Shown here piece by piece: positions 29,617-40,353 of a stretch of DNA of 60,865 bases. The number at the start of each line of letters is the position of its first letter. The stretch's first letter is position 1. Both the position numbers and the translations under genes were made by a program. This DNA is from Dehalococcoidia bacterium (lineage in GTDB: Bacteria > Chloroflexota > Dehalococcoidia > Lucifugimonadales > UBA3495). The notes under the pieces were generated by a model. That model was not told where the DNA came from. It saw nothing but the letters and a program-made list of their open reading frames with translations, and searched no databases. The stretch spans positions 1 to 60,865 of the forward strand of contig JASLXV010000093.1 of assembly GCA_030740155.1 (NCBI GenBank), written 5' to 3'.

Positions 29617-30138
29617 ATGCGCTTTAATGTCGCCCAACTGCTAGAAGAGCCGATTGGCTCAGAACGTGGTTATCGAGTGGACGAAAACTACACCGGATCA
29701 CAACGGATTACCGAAATGGCCCGCGGTCCGGTTCAGATGTTGCGCACCCACCAGGGGGTATTGGTGAGAGCCGCCCTGGAAATCCGGTGTGCCTTGACCT
29801 GCAGCCGGTGCCTGGGCGCTTTCAGCCGTTCCTCCACTCTTTCCCTCGAAGAGGAGTTCTTCCCCTTGGTGGATATTCAAAGCGGTCGAAGCGTGTTTCA
29901 GCCGGATGAGCCGGAGGGCAGGAGGGTCATCGATAGCAGGCATAACCTGGACCTTACCGAGGCAGTCCGAGAGTACGCCGTGACCGACCTTCCGATGAAA
30001 CCGCTGTGCCGTCCAGGATGTTTGGGTCTGTGTCAGGTGTGCGGCGCCGAGCGGAATCTCAATCGGTGCGGCTGTAGTGCCCTCCCCCGGGATTCCCGGC
30101 GGGGAGCCTTGGCCGGACTGCTATACCAATACGAGTAG
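29617..30138 (+). CDS. yceD: DUF177/YceD 23S rRNA accumulation protein
   Basis: CSRCL, LDL...RE, PMKPLCRPGCLGLCQVCG; directly upstream of rpmF. Confidence 0.88.
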   Translation: MRFNVAQLLEEPIGSERGYRVDENYTGSQRITEMARGPVQMLRTHQGVLVRAALEIRCALTCSRCLGAFSRSSTLSLEEEFFPLVDIQSGRSVFQPDEPEGRRVIDSRHNLDLTEAVREYAVTDLPMKPLCRPGCLGLCQVCGAERNLNRCGCSALPRDSRRGALAGLLYQYE

Positions 30139-30208
30139 AGACGAGAAGATTTCTTGAAGACCGGGACGGGTCGTGGAGAGCCGTATCCAGTAGGAGTGAA
30201 TTCAGCGA

Positions 30209-30391
30209 ATGGGTGCAGTACCGAACAAGAAACTAACCAGGGCACGGAAGGGCCGGCGGTTCAGCTCATACCGGCTGAAGTCTATCAACCCGGCTTTCTG
30301 TCCTCGCTGTCGCAATGCCAAACTGCCGCACACGGTGTGCCGGCAGTGTGGATTTTACCGGGGACGTCAGGTGATCGAAACCTCGAACTAA
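30209..30391 (+). CDS. rpmF: 50S ribosomal protein L32 (zinc-ribbon form)
   Basis: MGAVP.KK..RAR..RR, CPRC...LPHTVC..CGFYRGRQVI. Confidence 0.93.
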   Translation: MGAVPNKKLTRARKGRRFSSYRLKSINPAFCPRCRNAKLPHTVCRQCGFYRGRQVIETSN

Positions 30392-30548
30392 CGGGAATTT
30401 GCCCAGCCGTTGGGCTAGAGAACCGGCAGGCCCGTGGCATCGAAAGACGGCGCCGGCCTGCGGTGATCGCGGACCATGCTGGTAGAAGAATGGGGAGCGA
30501 ATCTGGTGCCCCAACATCCGGGTTCCGGATGCGGGCCGAGAACATGAG

Positions 30549-31505
30549 ATGAATGTGAGTACGGACAGTCGCGTTGCCAACAAAGCTTATGTGTTCCCGG
30601 GACAGGGTTCTCAGAGTGTGGGGATGGGCGCCGAACTGTATGCCGCGTCTCCATCCGCCCGGGCGGTGTTCGAGGAAGCCGACGACAGCTTGGGGTTCTC
30701 CCTGTCCAACTTGATGTTCCACGGGGACGACACCGATCTTCGGGACACCGTTAACTCGCAGCCAGCCATTATGACCGTCAGCATCGCCTGCTGGAAGGCT
30801 CTGGAAGAGAGCGTGGGGCCTGGTTCGGTCCTGCCCAGCATGGTGGCCGGGCACAGCCTGGGCGAGTACACTTCGATGGTCGTCGCCGATGTCATCGGCT
30901 TCGGTGAGGCGGTCAAGCTCGTGCGGGAACGGGGCCGGCTGATGCAACAGGCCTCGGTAAACCGGCCCGGCGGCATGGCGGCCATCATCGGTCTCGAAGA
31001 GCTGGCCCTGGAGCAAATATGCGCTGAAACCGGGGTGGAGTTGGCCAACATCAACGCCGATGGCCAGATAGTCGTCAGCGGAGATAAGATCGCCGTGGCC
31101 CGGGCGATGGACTTGGCTTCGGCCCGGGGGGCCCGAAGGGCCATACCCCTGCCGGTTAGCGGAGCGTTCCATTCCTCTTGCATGTTGGAGGCCCGGGAAG
31201 GCCTGGTTGGTGCGGTCAGCGCCCTGAACTTCCGCGATCCCAAACATCCAATTATCGCCAATTCCACCAGCCTGCCCCTTACCACGGGCGCCGAAGTGCG
31301 GGAGGAGTTGGTCGAGGGTCTCTGCCGCTGCGTCCAGTGGAAAGACTCCGTTAAGTACATGATTGACTCGGGAGTATCCCAGTTCGTCGAGTTCGGGCCG
31401 GCGGCCGTTCTGACCAGCCTGATTCGGCGCATCGACCGAAATGTCGAGGCGGTGACCCTGTCCGATCCGGCGTCCATACAAAAGTTAACCGGAGATGCCA
31501 ACTAG
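30549..31505 (+). CDS. fabD: Malonyl-CoA:ACP transacylase
   Basis: FPGQGSQ, QPAI, GHSLGEY, VSGAFHS, EFGP. Confidence 0.95.
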   Translation: MNVSTDSRVANKAYVFPGQGSQSVGMGAELYAASPSARAVFEEADDSLGFSLSNLMFHGDDTDLRDTVNSQPAIMTVSIACWKALEESVGPGSVLPSMVAGHSLGEYTSMVVADVIGFGEAVKLVRERGRLMQQASVNRPGGMAAIIGLEELALEQICAETGVELANINADGQIVVSGDKIAVARAMDLASARGARRAIPLPVSGAFHSSCMLEAREGLVGAVSALNFRDPKHPIIANSTSLPLTTGAEVREELVEGLCRCVQWKDSVKYMIDSGVSQFVEFGPAAVLTSLIRRIDRNVEAVTLSDPASIQKLTGDAN

Positions 31506-31532
31506 GCCCGTTGGCGGGGCTCTTGGTGACCC

Positions 31533-31997
31533 ATGCCTACCCTGAAATCCACGGACCTGAGACGAAAGGCGAGGGAAGGAGCCCTTCAAACGCTGTTCGC
31601 GGCCGACATCAAAGCTTCTCCGGACGAGGATTCGCTGGAATGGCTGGTTGACGAAAACTCTTTGCCGGCCAAATCGGTTGATTTCGCTCAAGTTTTGATG
31701 CGAGGGGTCTCGAACAATAGGCCCTCATTGGACGGCGTGATCGAACGGTATGCCCCCGCGTGGCCGGTGGACCAACTATCTCTGGTGGACCGAAACATCC
31801 TTCGAATTGCTCTGTATGAGTTGTTGTTCACCCCTCAAATACCGCGGAAAACCGCGATCAATGAGGCGGTAGAACTAGCAAAAGTGTTCGGAAGCGAAAG
31901 CTCTGCCCGGTTTGTCAATGGAGTCCTGGGATCGGTGATGGCCGGGTTGGAGACGGGGGAGCTTGCTCCCCACGATACTGCGAACGAAGGGAGATGA
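31533..31997 (+). CDS. nusB: Transcription antitermination factor NusB
   Basis: [39 protein letters not shown]. Confidence 0.95.
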   Translation: MPTLKSTDLRRKAREGALQTLFAADIKASPDEDSLEWLVDENSLPAKSVDFAQVLMRGVSNNRPSLDGVIERYAPAWPVDQLSLVDRNILRIALYELLFTPQIPRKTAINEAVELAKVFGSESSARFVNGVLGSVMAGLETGELAPHDTANEGR

Positions 31998-32001
31998 CAG
32001 T

Positions 32002-32262
32002 TTGCCCACTGTCTACGAGAGAGTAAAAGCCATCGTTGTCGATAAACTAGGGGTCGATGAGGCGGACGTAACGGAAACATCTTCGTTCGTGGAAAACCTC
32101 AACGCCGACTCTCTGGACCTGGTAGAGCTGATTATGGCCTTTGAGGAGGAGTTTTCCACCGACGATATGCCGGTGGAGATTTCCGACGAGGACGCCGGCA
32201 AGATCTTTACGATTGAAGATGCTGTAACCCACCTGAAAGGCCACGGAGTACAAGACTCTTAA
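32002..32262 (+). CDS. acpP: Acyl carrier protein
   Basis: [19 protein letters not shown] phosphopantetheine site; TTG start after GGGAG. Confidence 0.95.
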   Translation: MPTVYERVKAIVVDKLGVDEADVTETSSFVENLNADSLDLVELIMAFEEEFSTDDMPVEISDEDAGKIFTIEDAVTHLKGHGVQDS

Positions 32263-32603
32263 CTGTTGCCGGCCGGAACCGTGTTGCCGGACCTGTATTG
32301 ATGGAACGCCCGGAAGCGCCCTCCTCCCGCCCAGCCGTCGAAACGGCGGTGGCCGTCGCGGCGGGGCCTCCGCGCCAGCCTCATCTCAACCGGTGAGGAA
32401 ACCGGCCGATGGCGCCCAACGTCCGAAGCGGGTTGGGGAGTATTCCCTGGGCATTCATCCGGCGTGCTGAACCAGGGTGCGGGAAACGCAAATCCCGCCG
32501 CTAGATTCCGGGTGAAAACTTCTCCATCGCCCCTCGCCTGGGTTACCTGGAAGCAACTGCGATACGGCGGGTTGCCACCGGGTCAATGGGAGGTTGTGAC
32601 GCC

Positions 32604-33224
32604 ATGAACAGCCTGGAGGAGATCGCCGACCTGGTCAGGCACTGCACCGGCTGTGCACTCTGGCAGGGGCGCACTAATGCCGTGCCCGGAGAAGGGTCCG
32701 CCGACGCGGAGTTGATGTTCATCGGTGAAGGCCCGGGCTTCCACGAGGACCGCCTCGGCCGGCCCTTCGTCGGCGCGGCCGGACAGCTCTTGGAGGGCCT
32801 GCTGGCGTCGATCGGGACCAGTCGCGAGCGGGTGTTCATCGCCAACATGCTTAAATGCCGGCCTCCCCAGAACCGTGACCCGTTGCCGGCCGAGATGGCC
32901 GCCTGCAGTCAGTACCTGAACCGCCAGATCGAGTTGGTCAACCCCAAGCTCATCATTACCCTTGGACGATTTTCCATGGCCCGGTTCTTCCCCGGAGAGA
33001 GCATAAGCCGGATGCGGGGAATGGTCCGGGAGAAAGACGGCCGCTCGATCTACCCGGTAATGCATCCCGCGGCGGCCCTGCGGCGACAGGAGTTCCGCAC
33101 CACATTAATCGAGGACTTCAAGGCTATTCCGGACATCCTGGCGGGATTGAGCCAAGCCGCCCCACCGGGCGCCGAGGCAGATCAGCAAGAAGCTCCGCCT
33201 CCGGAACAACTGAACCTCTTCTAG
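32604..33224 (+). CDS. udg: Family 4 uracil-DNA glycosylase (Fe-S)
   Basis: C..C.L, GEGPG..ED..GRPFVGAAG, KCRPP.NR, HPAA.LR. Confidence 0.92.
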   Translation: MNSLEEIADLVRHCTGCALWQGRTNAVPGEGSADAELMFIGEGPGFHEDRLGRPFVGAAGQLLEGLLASIGTSRERVFIANMLKCRPPQNRDPLPAEMAACSQYLNRQIELVNPKLIITLGRFSMARFFPGESISRMRGMVREKDGRSIYPVMHPAAALRRQEFRTTLIEDFKAIPDILAGLSQAAPPGAEADQQEAPPPEQLNLF

Positions 33225-33238
33225 GAAGTGCCATTAAT

Positions 33239-34897
33239 TTGAATCCACAATTACGCGTCATCCCGCTGGGCGGGCTGGGTGAAATCGGCAAGAACATGAT
33301 GGTCGTGGAATGCGGCGAGGACATAATCGTCGTGGACTGCGGGGTCCAGTTTCCCGAAGAGGACATGTTGGGGGTGGACCTCATCATCCCCGACATATCC
33401 TACCTGTTGGAACGGGCCGATCGGGTTCGGGCCGTTCTCATCACCCACGGGCATGAGGACCACATCGGGGCACTGCCCTTCGTGCTGGCCCAACTCAAGG
33501 TCCCGGTGTACGCGCCCAAGCTGGCCCACGGCCTCATCTCCGTGAAACTCAAGCAGCGCCGGGCGACTCGCGATGCCGTCCTCGAGGCCATTGAGCCGGG
33601 AATCGCCTACCAGTTCGGGGACAACCTGCGGGCGACCTGGTTCCGGGTTTGCCACAGTATTCCCGACGCCATGGGGATCGCCATCGAAACCCCGGCGGGT
33701 ACACTTATCCATACCGGCGATTTCAAGATCGACCATACCCCCGTCGACGGCCGGAAGATTGACCTGGCGGCCCTGGCCCAGTACGGCTCCCAGGGAGTCC
33801 TGCTGATGATGTCCGATTCCACCTACGCCGAGGTCCCCGGCTACACCCCTTCCGAGCAGGTGGTTGGAGAGGCCTTGGATCAGGCCATTCGGGAGGCCCC
33901 CGGCCGGGTGATGGTGACCACCTTCGCTTCCCTCATCTCACGGGTCCAGCAGGTGATGGACGCCGCCGAACGGTACGGCCGAAAGGTAATCATCGTCGGC
34001 CGCAGCATGGTGGACAACGTGAATGTGGCATCGGAGACAGGGTATCTGAGAATCCCTCCAGGGATACTGCGTCCCCTGAATGAGGCCCGGGAATTGCCTC
34101 CGGAACAAGTGGTGCTGGTGACCACCGGCAGTCAAGGGGAGCCGATGTCGGCCCTGGTGAGGATCGCCAAAGGCGACCATCGGGACGTGCGGATTGTACC
34201 CGGGGACACGGTTATCATCTCCGCCAGCCCGATTCCAGGCAACGAGCTTCCCATCAGCCGGACCATCGACAACCTGTTCCGCCTAGGGGCCAGGGTCCTC
34301 TACGACCGGATTGCTCTGGTCCACGTCCACGGCCACGCCAGCCAAGAAGAGCTGAAACTGGTCTTGAGCCTGGTCCGACCCCGCTACTTCGTGCCGGTCC
34401 ACGGAGAGTATCGCCACCTTGTGGCCCACGCCCGGCTGGCCTGGGACTTGGGCATCGCCGAGGCGGGCATCTTCGTTCTGGAAGACGGCGACGTGTTGGA
34501 ACTGTCCGAGGAGTCGGCGAAGGTGGTTGAGAAGGTGTCGGCGGGCCCCATCTTCATCGACGGCCTGAGCACCAGGGACACTCGGAGCCAGGTGCTCAGC
34601 CAGCGGCGGTCTCTGTCCAAGGACGGCGTGGTGGTGTTAATCCTCACTCCGGATAAGGCAACTGGCGGGGCACCGGTACGCGTCAAGGTGGTGAGCAGCG
34701 GGTTCATGGACGCGGTGGAGACCGAAGAGTTGTTCGAGGGTTTGACCGGCGAGGTGGGGCAACTCTTGAACGGCGGGGGCGATCTGAGGGAGGAAACGGA
34801 GAAAACCAGGGCAAAAGTGCAGAAAACTGCCCGTAGTTTCCTAGCTAAAGCCTCAGGGCGAAGCCCTATGATTATTCCAGTGGTGCTTGATTCGTAA
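33239..34897 (+). CDS. rnj: Ribonuclease J
   Basis: PLGGLGEIGKN, THGHEDHIG, HSIPD, HTGDFK, TGSQGEP, HVHGH, PVHGE. Confidence 0.95.
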   Translation: MNPQLRVIPLGGLGEIGKNMMVVECGEDIIVVDCGVQFPEEDMLGVDLIIPDISYLLERADRVRAVLITHGHEDHIGALPFVLAQLKVPVYAPKLAHGLISVKLKQRRATRDAVLEAIEPGIAYQFGDNLRATWFRVCHSIPDAMGIAIETPAGTLIHTGDFKIDHTPVDGRKIDLAALAQYGSQGVLLMMSDSTYAEVPGYTPSEQVVGEALDQAIREAPGRVMVTTFASLISRVQQVMDAAERYGRKVIIVGRSMVDNVNVASETGYLRIPPGILRPLNEARELPPEQVVLVTTGSQGEPMSALVRIAKGDHRDVRIVPGDTVIISASPIPGNELPISRTIDNLFRLGARVLYDRIALVHVHGHASQEELKLVLSLVRPRYFVPVHGEYRHLVAHARLAWDLGIAEAGIFVLEDGDVLELSEESAKVVEKVSAGPIFIDGLSTRDTRSQVLSQRRSLSKDGVVVLILTPDKATGGAPVRVKVVSSGFMDAVETEELFEGLTGEVGQLLNGGGDLREETEKTRAKVQKTARSFLAKASGRSPMIIPVVLDS

Positions 34898-34950
34898 GTC
34901 AGCTCCGGCTGATATCTGTCTGCCTCCCTCGGACACCACTGGAGGTTTCA

Positions 34951-37206
34951 ATGGCACAGTCCGCTCGCCGGCGGCGCCCGGTCGCCCCGTCCCCAAAGTT
35001 AAGAGACCTTATTCGGGCCGGGCCCAGCCCCGCGATAGAGGGACTGGTTTTCGTGGTCCTCGGACTGGGCCTGGGTCTGGGTCTCGGGCTGTCACCAGCG
35101 GCCCGCCATTGGACTTTTGAAGCCCTGGGCTACGGCTGGATCCCGGTCGGACTCTGGATTGTCGCGGCTCTTGCCGCCCTCCGGTACCATCCCCGGTCTC
35201 TGAAATTCCACTGGCGATGGTGGATTGTCGCGGCCGGCGTAGCGACGGTGTCCATCGGCGCGTTATCATTATTCTCCAGAGGAGACGGGTTCTACACCGA
35301 GACCACCCTCAGCGGGCGCTGGGGGGAAGCCGTCGGCGGGACACCTCTGGGGCTGGCGGTGGGAAAGCTGGCCGCCATCTCCTTCATCCTGCCCCTGCTG
35401 CTCTTCCCGCGCCGGGTGGGGCCCGCCTATCTCAGACTTCTCCGGTACCTGGTGTTGGGCTTGCAATTCGTGCCGGTCTACCTGTATCTGGGGCTGTACC
35501 ACGGGGTCTATTACCTGGACCGGGGCCTGCGCACCTTGTTTCACGTCCGTTACCGGCGGCGGTGGATGGCCCGGGTGTGGGCGCCCGTTGGTCGGCGGTT
35601 GCCGGCTAAGCTAGCGGATCGCTTACCGGCGCCGGAGGCTGCCCACCCGGCGGCGGCCTCCGTGCCAGAGCCGGCCGACATGACCGGCCTGTGGGCCGCC
35701 AGCGAGCCTGGGGTTATCCCCAGTTGGTCCCCCATCGAGGAGGGCCCTCAAGAGGCCGCGTTGAAGGAGAAGAGAGTGGGGGCGGTCAACGGGAAAGGTT
35801 CCAAGTGGCAGCTTCCCACCGCCGACCAACTCACGCCTTCGGACCCCCGCGATCTCTCCGAGGCCCCGCTGCTGCAGATGGCGCGGCACGTGGAAACCAC
35901 CCTGGCCGACCACGGAGTTGCCGTTGAGGTGACGGACATAAAATCGGGGCCCCGGATTGTTCGCTTTGGATTGGTTCCCGGCTGGGTATCCAAGAGGGGC
36001 GAAGTCATCAAGACGGAGCCTCCGGAGGGGAAATTCGAGGGGAGCCGGGTCAAGGTGCAGAGTATCCTGATGCGGGAGAAAGACCTGGCCTTGGCGCTCA
36101 AGACGCCCTTCCTGCGCATCGAAGCGCCGGTGCCCGGAGAAGCGTTGGTGGGACTGGAGGTGCCGGCCCCCACCCCGAGCAAGGTGCATCTGAGGGAGGT
36201 GATTGAAACCCCGGCCTTCGCGAAGATCGCCGCCAAAGGTGGTCTTCCCATCGCCTTGGGGCAGGATACGGGTGGCGCCCCGGTGGTGGTGGACCTGGCC
36301 TCACTGCCCCATGCCCTGATCGCCGGGGCCACCGGCAGTGGCAAGAGCGTCTGCATCAACTCCATCGTTGCCAGCTTGCTGCTGACCAAGACGCCCGACC
36401 AGATGCGATTCCTGATGGTAGACCCCAAGAGGGTGGAGTTGACCCCCTTCAATGGCATCCCCCACCTCATCGCGCCCGTGATTGTGGATGCGGACGAGGT
36501 CAACGTTGCCCTGCGGGGCCTGATGCGGGAGATGCTGCGCCGCTACAAGCGGATGGAAGAGGCCGGCACCCGCAACATTGCTGGATACAACGCCCGGGCC
36601 GAGGACCGCATGCCCTACCTGGTGCTCATCGTCGACGAGTTGGCCGACCTGATGATAGTCGGCGGCTTCGAGGTGGAGCAGAACCTGGTCCGCCTGGCCC
36701 AGCTCGGACGGGCCACCGGGATACACCTGGTGCTGGCCACCCAGCGGCCTTCCGTCAACGTGGTGACCGGACTCCTCAAGGCCAACATTCCGGCCCGCGC
36801 CGCCTTCGCCGTCGCCTCACAGGTGGACTCCAGAGTGATACTGGACACCATCGGCGCGGAGAAGCTGCTGGGAAAGGGGGACATGCTGCTTCTGCACAAC
36901 GAAAACCCCAAACCCAGGAGGGTCCAGGGTACCCTGGTTTACGATGAGGAGATCGACCAACTCGTGGAGCACTGGACCAGCCAAAAAGGGCCCCCTCTGC
37001 CCGTCATCAACTTGGGGGAGATCGGCGAAGACGGAGAGGACGAAGACGAGGCGGAGGAACGGTTGCTGGATGAAGCCCGCGAGTTGGCCCTCCGCAATCC
37101 CCATCTTTCGAACTCCTTCCTGGAGCGGCGGTTGAAGGTGGGTGGCCGGCGGGCTGCCCAGATCATCGAGGTGTTGGTCGAGGAAGGGCTACTGGCCCCC
37201 CGCTAG
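34951..37206 (+). CDS. ftsK: DNA translocase FtsK/SpoIIIE
   Basis: N-terminal TMs, PH.LIAGATGSGKS, DPKRVEL, IVDELADLM, LATQRPSV, GAEKLLGKGDML, C-terminal gamma domain. Confidence 0.95.
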   Translation: MAQSARRRRPVAPSPKLRDLIRAGPSPAIEGLVFVVLGLGLGLGLGLSPAARHWTFEALGYGWIPVGLWIVAALAALRYHPRSLKFHWRWWIVAAGVATVSIGALSLFSRGDGFYTETTLSGRWGEAVGGTPLGLAVGKLAAISFILPLLLFPRRVGPAYLRLLRYLVLGLQFVPVYLYLGLYHGVYYLDRGLRTLFHVRYRRRWMARVWAPVGRRLPAKLADRLPAPEAAHPAAASVPEPADMTGLWAASEPGVIPSWSPIEEGPQEAALKEKRVGAVNGKGSKWQLPTADQLTPSDPRDLSEAPLLQMARHVETTLADHGVAVEVTDIKSGPRIVRFGLVPGWVSKRGEVIKTEPPEGKFEGSRVKVQSILMREKDLALALKTPFLRIEAPVPGEALVGLEVPAPTPSKVHLREVIETPAFAKIAAKGGLPIALGQDTGGAPVVVDLASLPHALIAGATGSGKSVCINSIVASLLLTKTPDQMRFLMVDPKRVELTPFNGIPHLIAPVIVDADEVNVALRGLMREMLRRYKRMEEAGTRNIAGYNARAEDRMPYLVLIVDELADLMIVGGFEVEQNLVRLAQLGRATGIHLVLATQRPSVNVVTGLLKANIPARAAFAVASQVDSRVILDTIGAEKLLGKGDMLLLHNENPKPRRVQGTLVYDEEIDQLVEHWTSQKGPPLPVINLGEIGEDGEDEDEAEERLLDEARELALRNPHLSNSFLERRLKVGGRRAAQIIEVLVEEGLLAPR

Positions 37207-37448
37207 CCCGGGATTCCCCCGCAGCTTTGGGGAACCCCCGCCAGCCGGGGCCGCCCCTTCCGATGTCCAGGGCGCCAGTCGCTCCGGCCCGCGCTACCGG
37301 TCGGCCGCCAGGTACCGTACCCGGCTTCGGCCGGGTCAATCCCGGATATCCTCTCGCGGCCCTTCCCCTTTCGTTTGCTCCTTTGGTATCATGGGCGGTG
37401 GCCCGGTATTCGAAGAGTCCAAGCACTGGCGATGAATCGTAATACAAA

Positions 37449-38096
37449 GTGTTAATTGACCTCCACACCCATACCTATCCGATGTCGGACGACAGTTTCA
37501 TGGGCGTCGAGGAGCTTATAGAATCGGCCAAGGCTATGGGCCTGGACGGAATCTGCCTAACCGAGCATGACAACTTCTGGTCCGTCGATGAAGTCACAGC
37601 CTTATCACGGAAGCACGACTTCTTGGTGGTGCCCGGCTGCGAGATAAATACCGATACCGGGCATGTCCTGGTGTTCGGCCTGGACCAGTACGAATTCGGC
37701 CTGCACAAACCCTCCTTTCTGCACTCGGTGGTTGAGCGCAAAGGAGCGGCGGTCGTCGCTGCTCATCCGTACCGCCGCCGGTTCCTTGAGGACCCCGGCC
37801 GAAAACCCGAGGCCCGGGCCGAGATGCTGGCCAGGGCCGGTTCCGACGGCCTCTTTCAGATTTGCGACGCCATAGAGGCGGTTAACGGGCGGGGCTCCAC
37901 CATGGAGAACAGCTTCTCCCAAGACCTGGGAGAGCTGCTGAGAACCAACACGACCGGCGGCAGCGACGCCCATCGCCTGGAACAGTTGGGCACCGCCGCC
38001 ACCCGGTTCCAGTGTCCCATCGATGGTCTGGACGACCTGATACGGGAGCTGCGAGCCGGACGGGTCCAAGCAGTTGACCTGCGGAACGGCCACTGA
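37449..38096 (+). CDS. PHP-domain metallophosphoesterase
   Basis: IDLHTHT, LTEHD, GCEI, AHP, IE..NGR, GGSDAH. Confidence 0.88.
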   Translation: MLIDLHTHTYPMSDDSFMGVEELIESAKAMGLDGICLTEHDNFWSVDEVTALSRKHDFLVVPGCEINTDTGHVLVFGLDQYEFGLHKPSFLHSVVERKGAAVVAAHPYRRRFLEDPGRKPEARAEMLARAGSDGLFQICDAIEAVNGRGSTMENSFSQDLGELLRTNTTGGSDAHRLEQLGTAATRFQCPIDGLDDLIRELRAGRVQAVDLRNGH

Positions 38097-38191
38097 GGTA
38101 TCCCGTTCCTCCGTTCAGTGCGGGGAAGCCGGCGGGGGCGCCATACCGGAGATCTTAAGGGCCACACCGTATAGCGAGGGAAGGGCCACCG

Positions 38192-39169
38192 ATGGTCGAA
38201 GCGCTGAAGGTTGACAACCTGTTCGTGCGCTTTGGGACGCCACTGGGTGACGTGAAAGCTCTCAACGGGGTCAGTCTCGTCCAAGAAGAGGGGCAGGTCT
38301 TCTGCTTGGTGGGCGAGAGTGGGGCCGGTAAGAGCACCCTGGCTCTGGCAATCATGGGGCTGCTGCCTCCCTCGGCCACAGTGGGCGGGGGCCGCATCTT
38401 CTTCGATGGCGTGGACTTGCTCCGGGCCGGCTCCGAGTACGTGCGCCGCCTCAGGGGCAAGGAGATCTCCATGGTCTTCCAAGACGCCCAAACGGCATTG
38501 AACCCGGTCCAACTGGTTGGGGAGCAGCTGGAAGAGGTCATTCTGGAGCACACCGCCGTGGGCGCCCGGGCCGCCAACTCGATGGCCCAGGAGATCCTGC
38601 GGGAGATGGGGCTTCCGGATCCCAGACGGATCATGGGCCAGTACCCCTTCAGCCTGAGCGGCGGGATGTGCCAGCGGATCATGCTGGCCATTGGTCTTGT
38701 GCTGGGACCGCGCCTGCTGGTCGCCGATGAACCAACCTCCGGGTTGGATGTGACGTTGCAGGCGGAGATTCTGGACCTGCTGAAGCGGCTCTGCCGGGAG
38801 CAAATCGCGTCGATCCTGCTAATTACCCACGACATGGGCGTCGTGGCCACCATGGCCAATCAGGTAGGGGTAATCTACGGAGGCACCATGGTGGAGATGG
38901 CGAGTGTCATTCCCCTGTTCCAGCGGCCGCGGCACCCGTACACCTGGGCTCTTTTGCAATCGCTGCCCCGGCTGGACGAGCCGGGCAAGCGGCTGCAACC
39001 CTTGCCGGGCTCCCCCCCTGACATGATCGGCCTGCCCGAGGAGTGCCCCTTCCTGCCCCGGTGCAATAAGGCCCTCGCCCGTTGCCGGTCGGAGCGGCGG
39101 CCGCCCCTGGTGGAGGCGGAACCCGGCCACTGGGTCGCCTGCTATAACCCCGTCGTGCCGTTGGAATAG
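38192..39169 (+). CDS. Peptide/nickel ABC transporter ATP-binding subunit (OppD/DppD-like)
   Basis: GESGAGKS, LSGGMCQR, LVADEPT, ITHD, HPYT, C-terminal CPF.PRC...C...WVAC. Confidence 0.92.
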   Translation: MVEALKVDNLFVRFGTPLGDVKALNGVSLVQEEGQVFCLVGESGAGKSTLALAIMGLLPPSATVGGGRIFFDGVDLLRAGSEYVRRLRGKEISMVFQDAQTALNPVQLVGEQLEEVILEHTAVGARAANSMAQEILREMGLPDPRRIMGQYPFSLSGGMCQRIMLAIGLVLGPRLLVADEPTSGLDVTLQAEILDLLKRLCREQIASILLITHDMGVVATMANQVGVIYGGTMVEMASVIPLFQRPRHPYTWALLQSLPRLDEPGKRLQPLPGSPPDMIGLPEECPFLPRCNKALARCRSERRPPLVEAEPGHWVACYNPVVPLE

Positions 39170-39213
39170 AGGCGCGGCCAGCGTCTCGTCAACGGCTTGA
39201 CGCCTGGCCGCCC

Positions 39214-39264
39214 GTCATCCCGCGAAGGCCGCGATCCAGCTAACTCTCCTCTGGATACCGGCCC
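39214..39264. repeat. Degenerate REP-like palindrome (GTCATTCCGGCGAAGGCC family) between convergent genes
   Basis: gtcatcccgcgaaggccgcgatccag...ctggataccggccc. Confidence 0.55.
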
Positions 39265-39339
39265 GATGCCGTCAGGGACAATCGTGGGCCGGAATGTCCC
39301 ACACTTTCGCCGATGTAAAGCTATTTTCCAGACAGTGCG

Positions 39340-40353
39340 CTAGGCCCTGGTCCGGGCGCCCTGGCCGACCACCATCAATTCAATGGCCAGGTCAGGTTCC
39401 AGGCGGCCTTGCTTGACCGCCAGGTCCGCCTCCAGCAAACGGCGGTAACGGGCGGCGATATCCCGTGAGGAGTGGCGGCGGGCCTGTTCGAGGGTTTTCT
39501 GAAGGGCGTACGGTGGGAAGATGCCGGTCTGCGCGCCCATGTCTCTCGTCGCAACCCGCCGGTCCAAGGCATCACGGGCCAAGGCCAGATTGCGTAGCTG
39601 GCGCTCGACCATCGTGAAGATGTTGGACGCATCGCGTCCATCCTGGCGGAGCCGGTGCAGCAGGCGGAGGGCCTGGCCGGGCCGGCCATCGATCATCGCG
39701 TCCACCGCGGCGAATATATTGGCCTCCCGCACCTGGGATACCAACTCCATAACGTCGGACTGCTCGATAGCCCGTCCCGACGCGTACAGGGTCAGCTTCT
39801 CGATCTCCCGGTCCATGGTCCAAAGATCGTTCCCCACCAGGTCGGTCAGGCACCTGATTGCGGCCGGGTTGATGCTGCTGCCGCGTTCCTGGGCCGACTC
39901 TTTGATCCAGCGGGACAACGCCTCCTTTTCGGGCGCCAGCAGCTCTTGGACCTGGGCGAGCGGGCTCAGCAGACGCAGGAGAGGGTTGCCCTTGGAAAGG
40001 GGTCCGTCCAGGAAGACCAGCACCGTCGTCTCCGGCATGACCGGCACAGCCTGGGCCAACTCTTTCCAACCGCCGAGGGGAGGGGATGATTTGCCACCGT
40101 CTCCCTTCCGTCTCCAGCCCCGGCCGGTGCGCCGTTCCAGGGTGGTCAGCAAACCGTCCACGAGCACCAACCGCCGGTCGTCCATGAAAGGGAGGGCGTT
40201 GCAGATGCTGGTCAGCTCCGCCGGCTTGAGCTGGTTTCCTCGGAGGGAGTGGCGGTTTGCGTCCAGCAACTCCCCGACGCCGATATCCGCCTCCAGACGT
40301 TTTAACTCCCGAGGCACCAGGAAACTATCGCCGTAGAACACGTGGGTCGACAA
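39340..40353 (-). CDS. holA: DNA polymerase III subunit delta
   Basis: FYG.SF, LPFMDDRRLVLV, G.DL...REIEKL.LY, IFAAVDA, AD.AVKQG. Confidence 0.88.
   Translation of the reverse strand: MSTHVFYGDSFLVPRELKRLEADIGVGELLDANRHSLRGNQLKPAELTSICNALPFMDDRRLVLVDGLLTTLERRTGRGWRRKGDGGKSSPPLGGWKELAQAVPVMPETTVLVFLDGPLSKGNPLLRLLSPLAQVQELLAPEKEALSRWIKESAQERGSSINPAAIRCLTDLVGNDLWTMDREIEKLTLYASGRAIEQSDVMELVSQVREANIFAAVDAMIDGRPGQALRLLHRLRQDGRDASNIFTMVERQLRNLALARDALDRRVATRDMGAQTGIFPPYALQKTLEQARRHSSRDIAARYRRLLEADLAVKQGRLEPDLAIELMVVGQGARTRA

Noticed and set aside
32430..32500. yybP-ykoY (Mn) riboswitch from GGGGAGTA, or RNase P RNA from GAGGAAA at about 32395
   Set aside because: The remaining conserved segments are absent in both cases.
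38192..39169. Orphan ABC ATPase as part of a novel system with the PHP gene
   Set aside because: It is an ordinary OppD/DppD-type sequence, and dispersed peptide ABC components are common.
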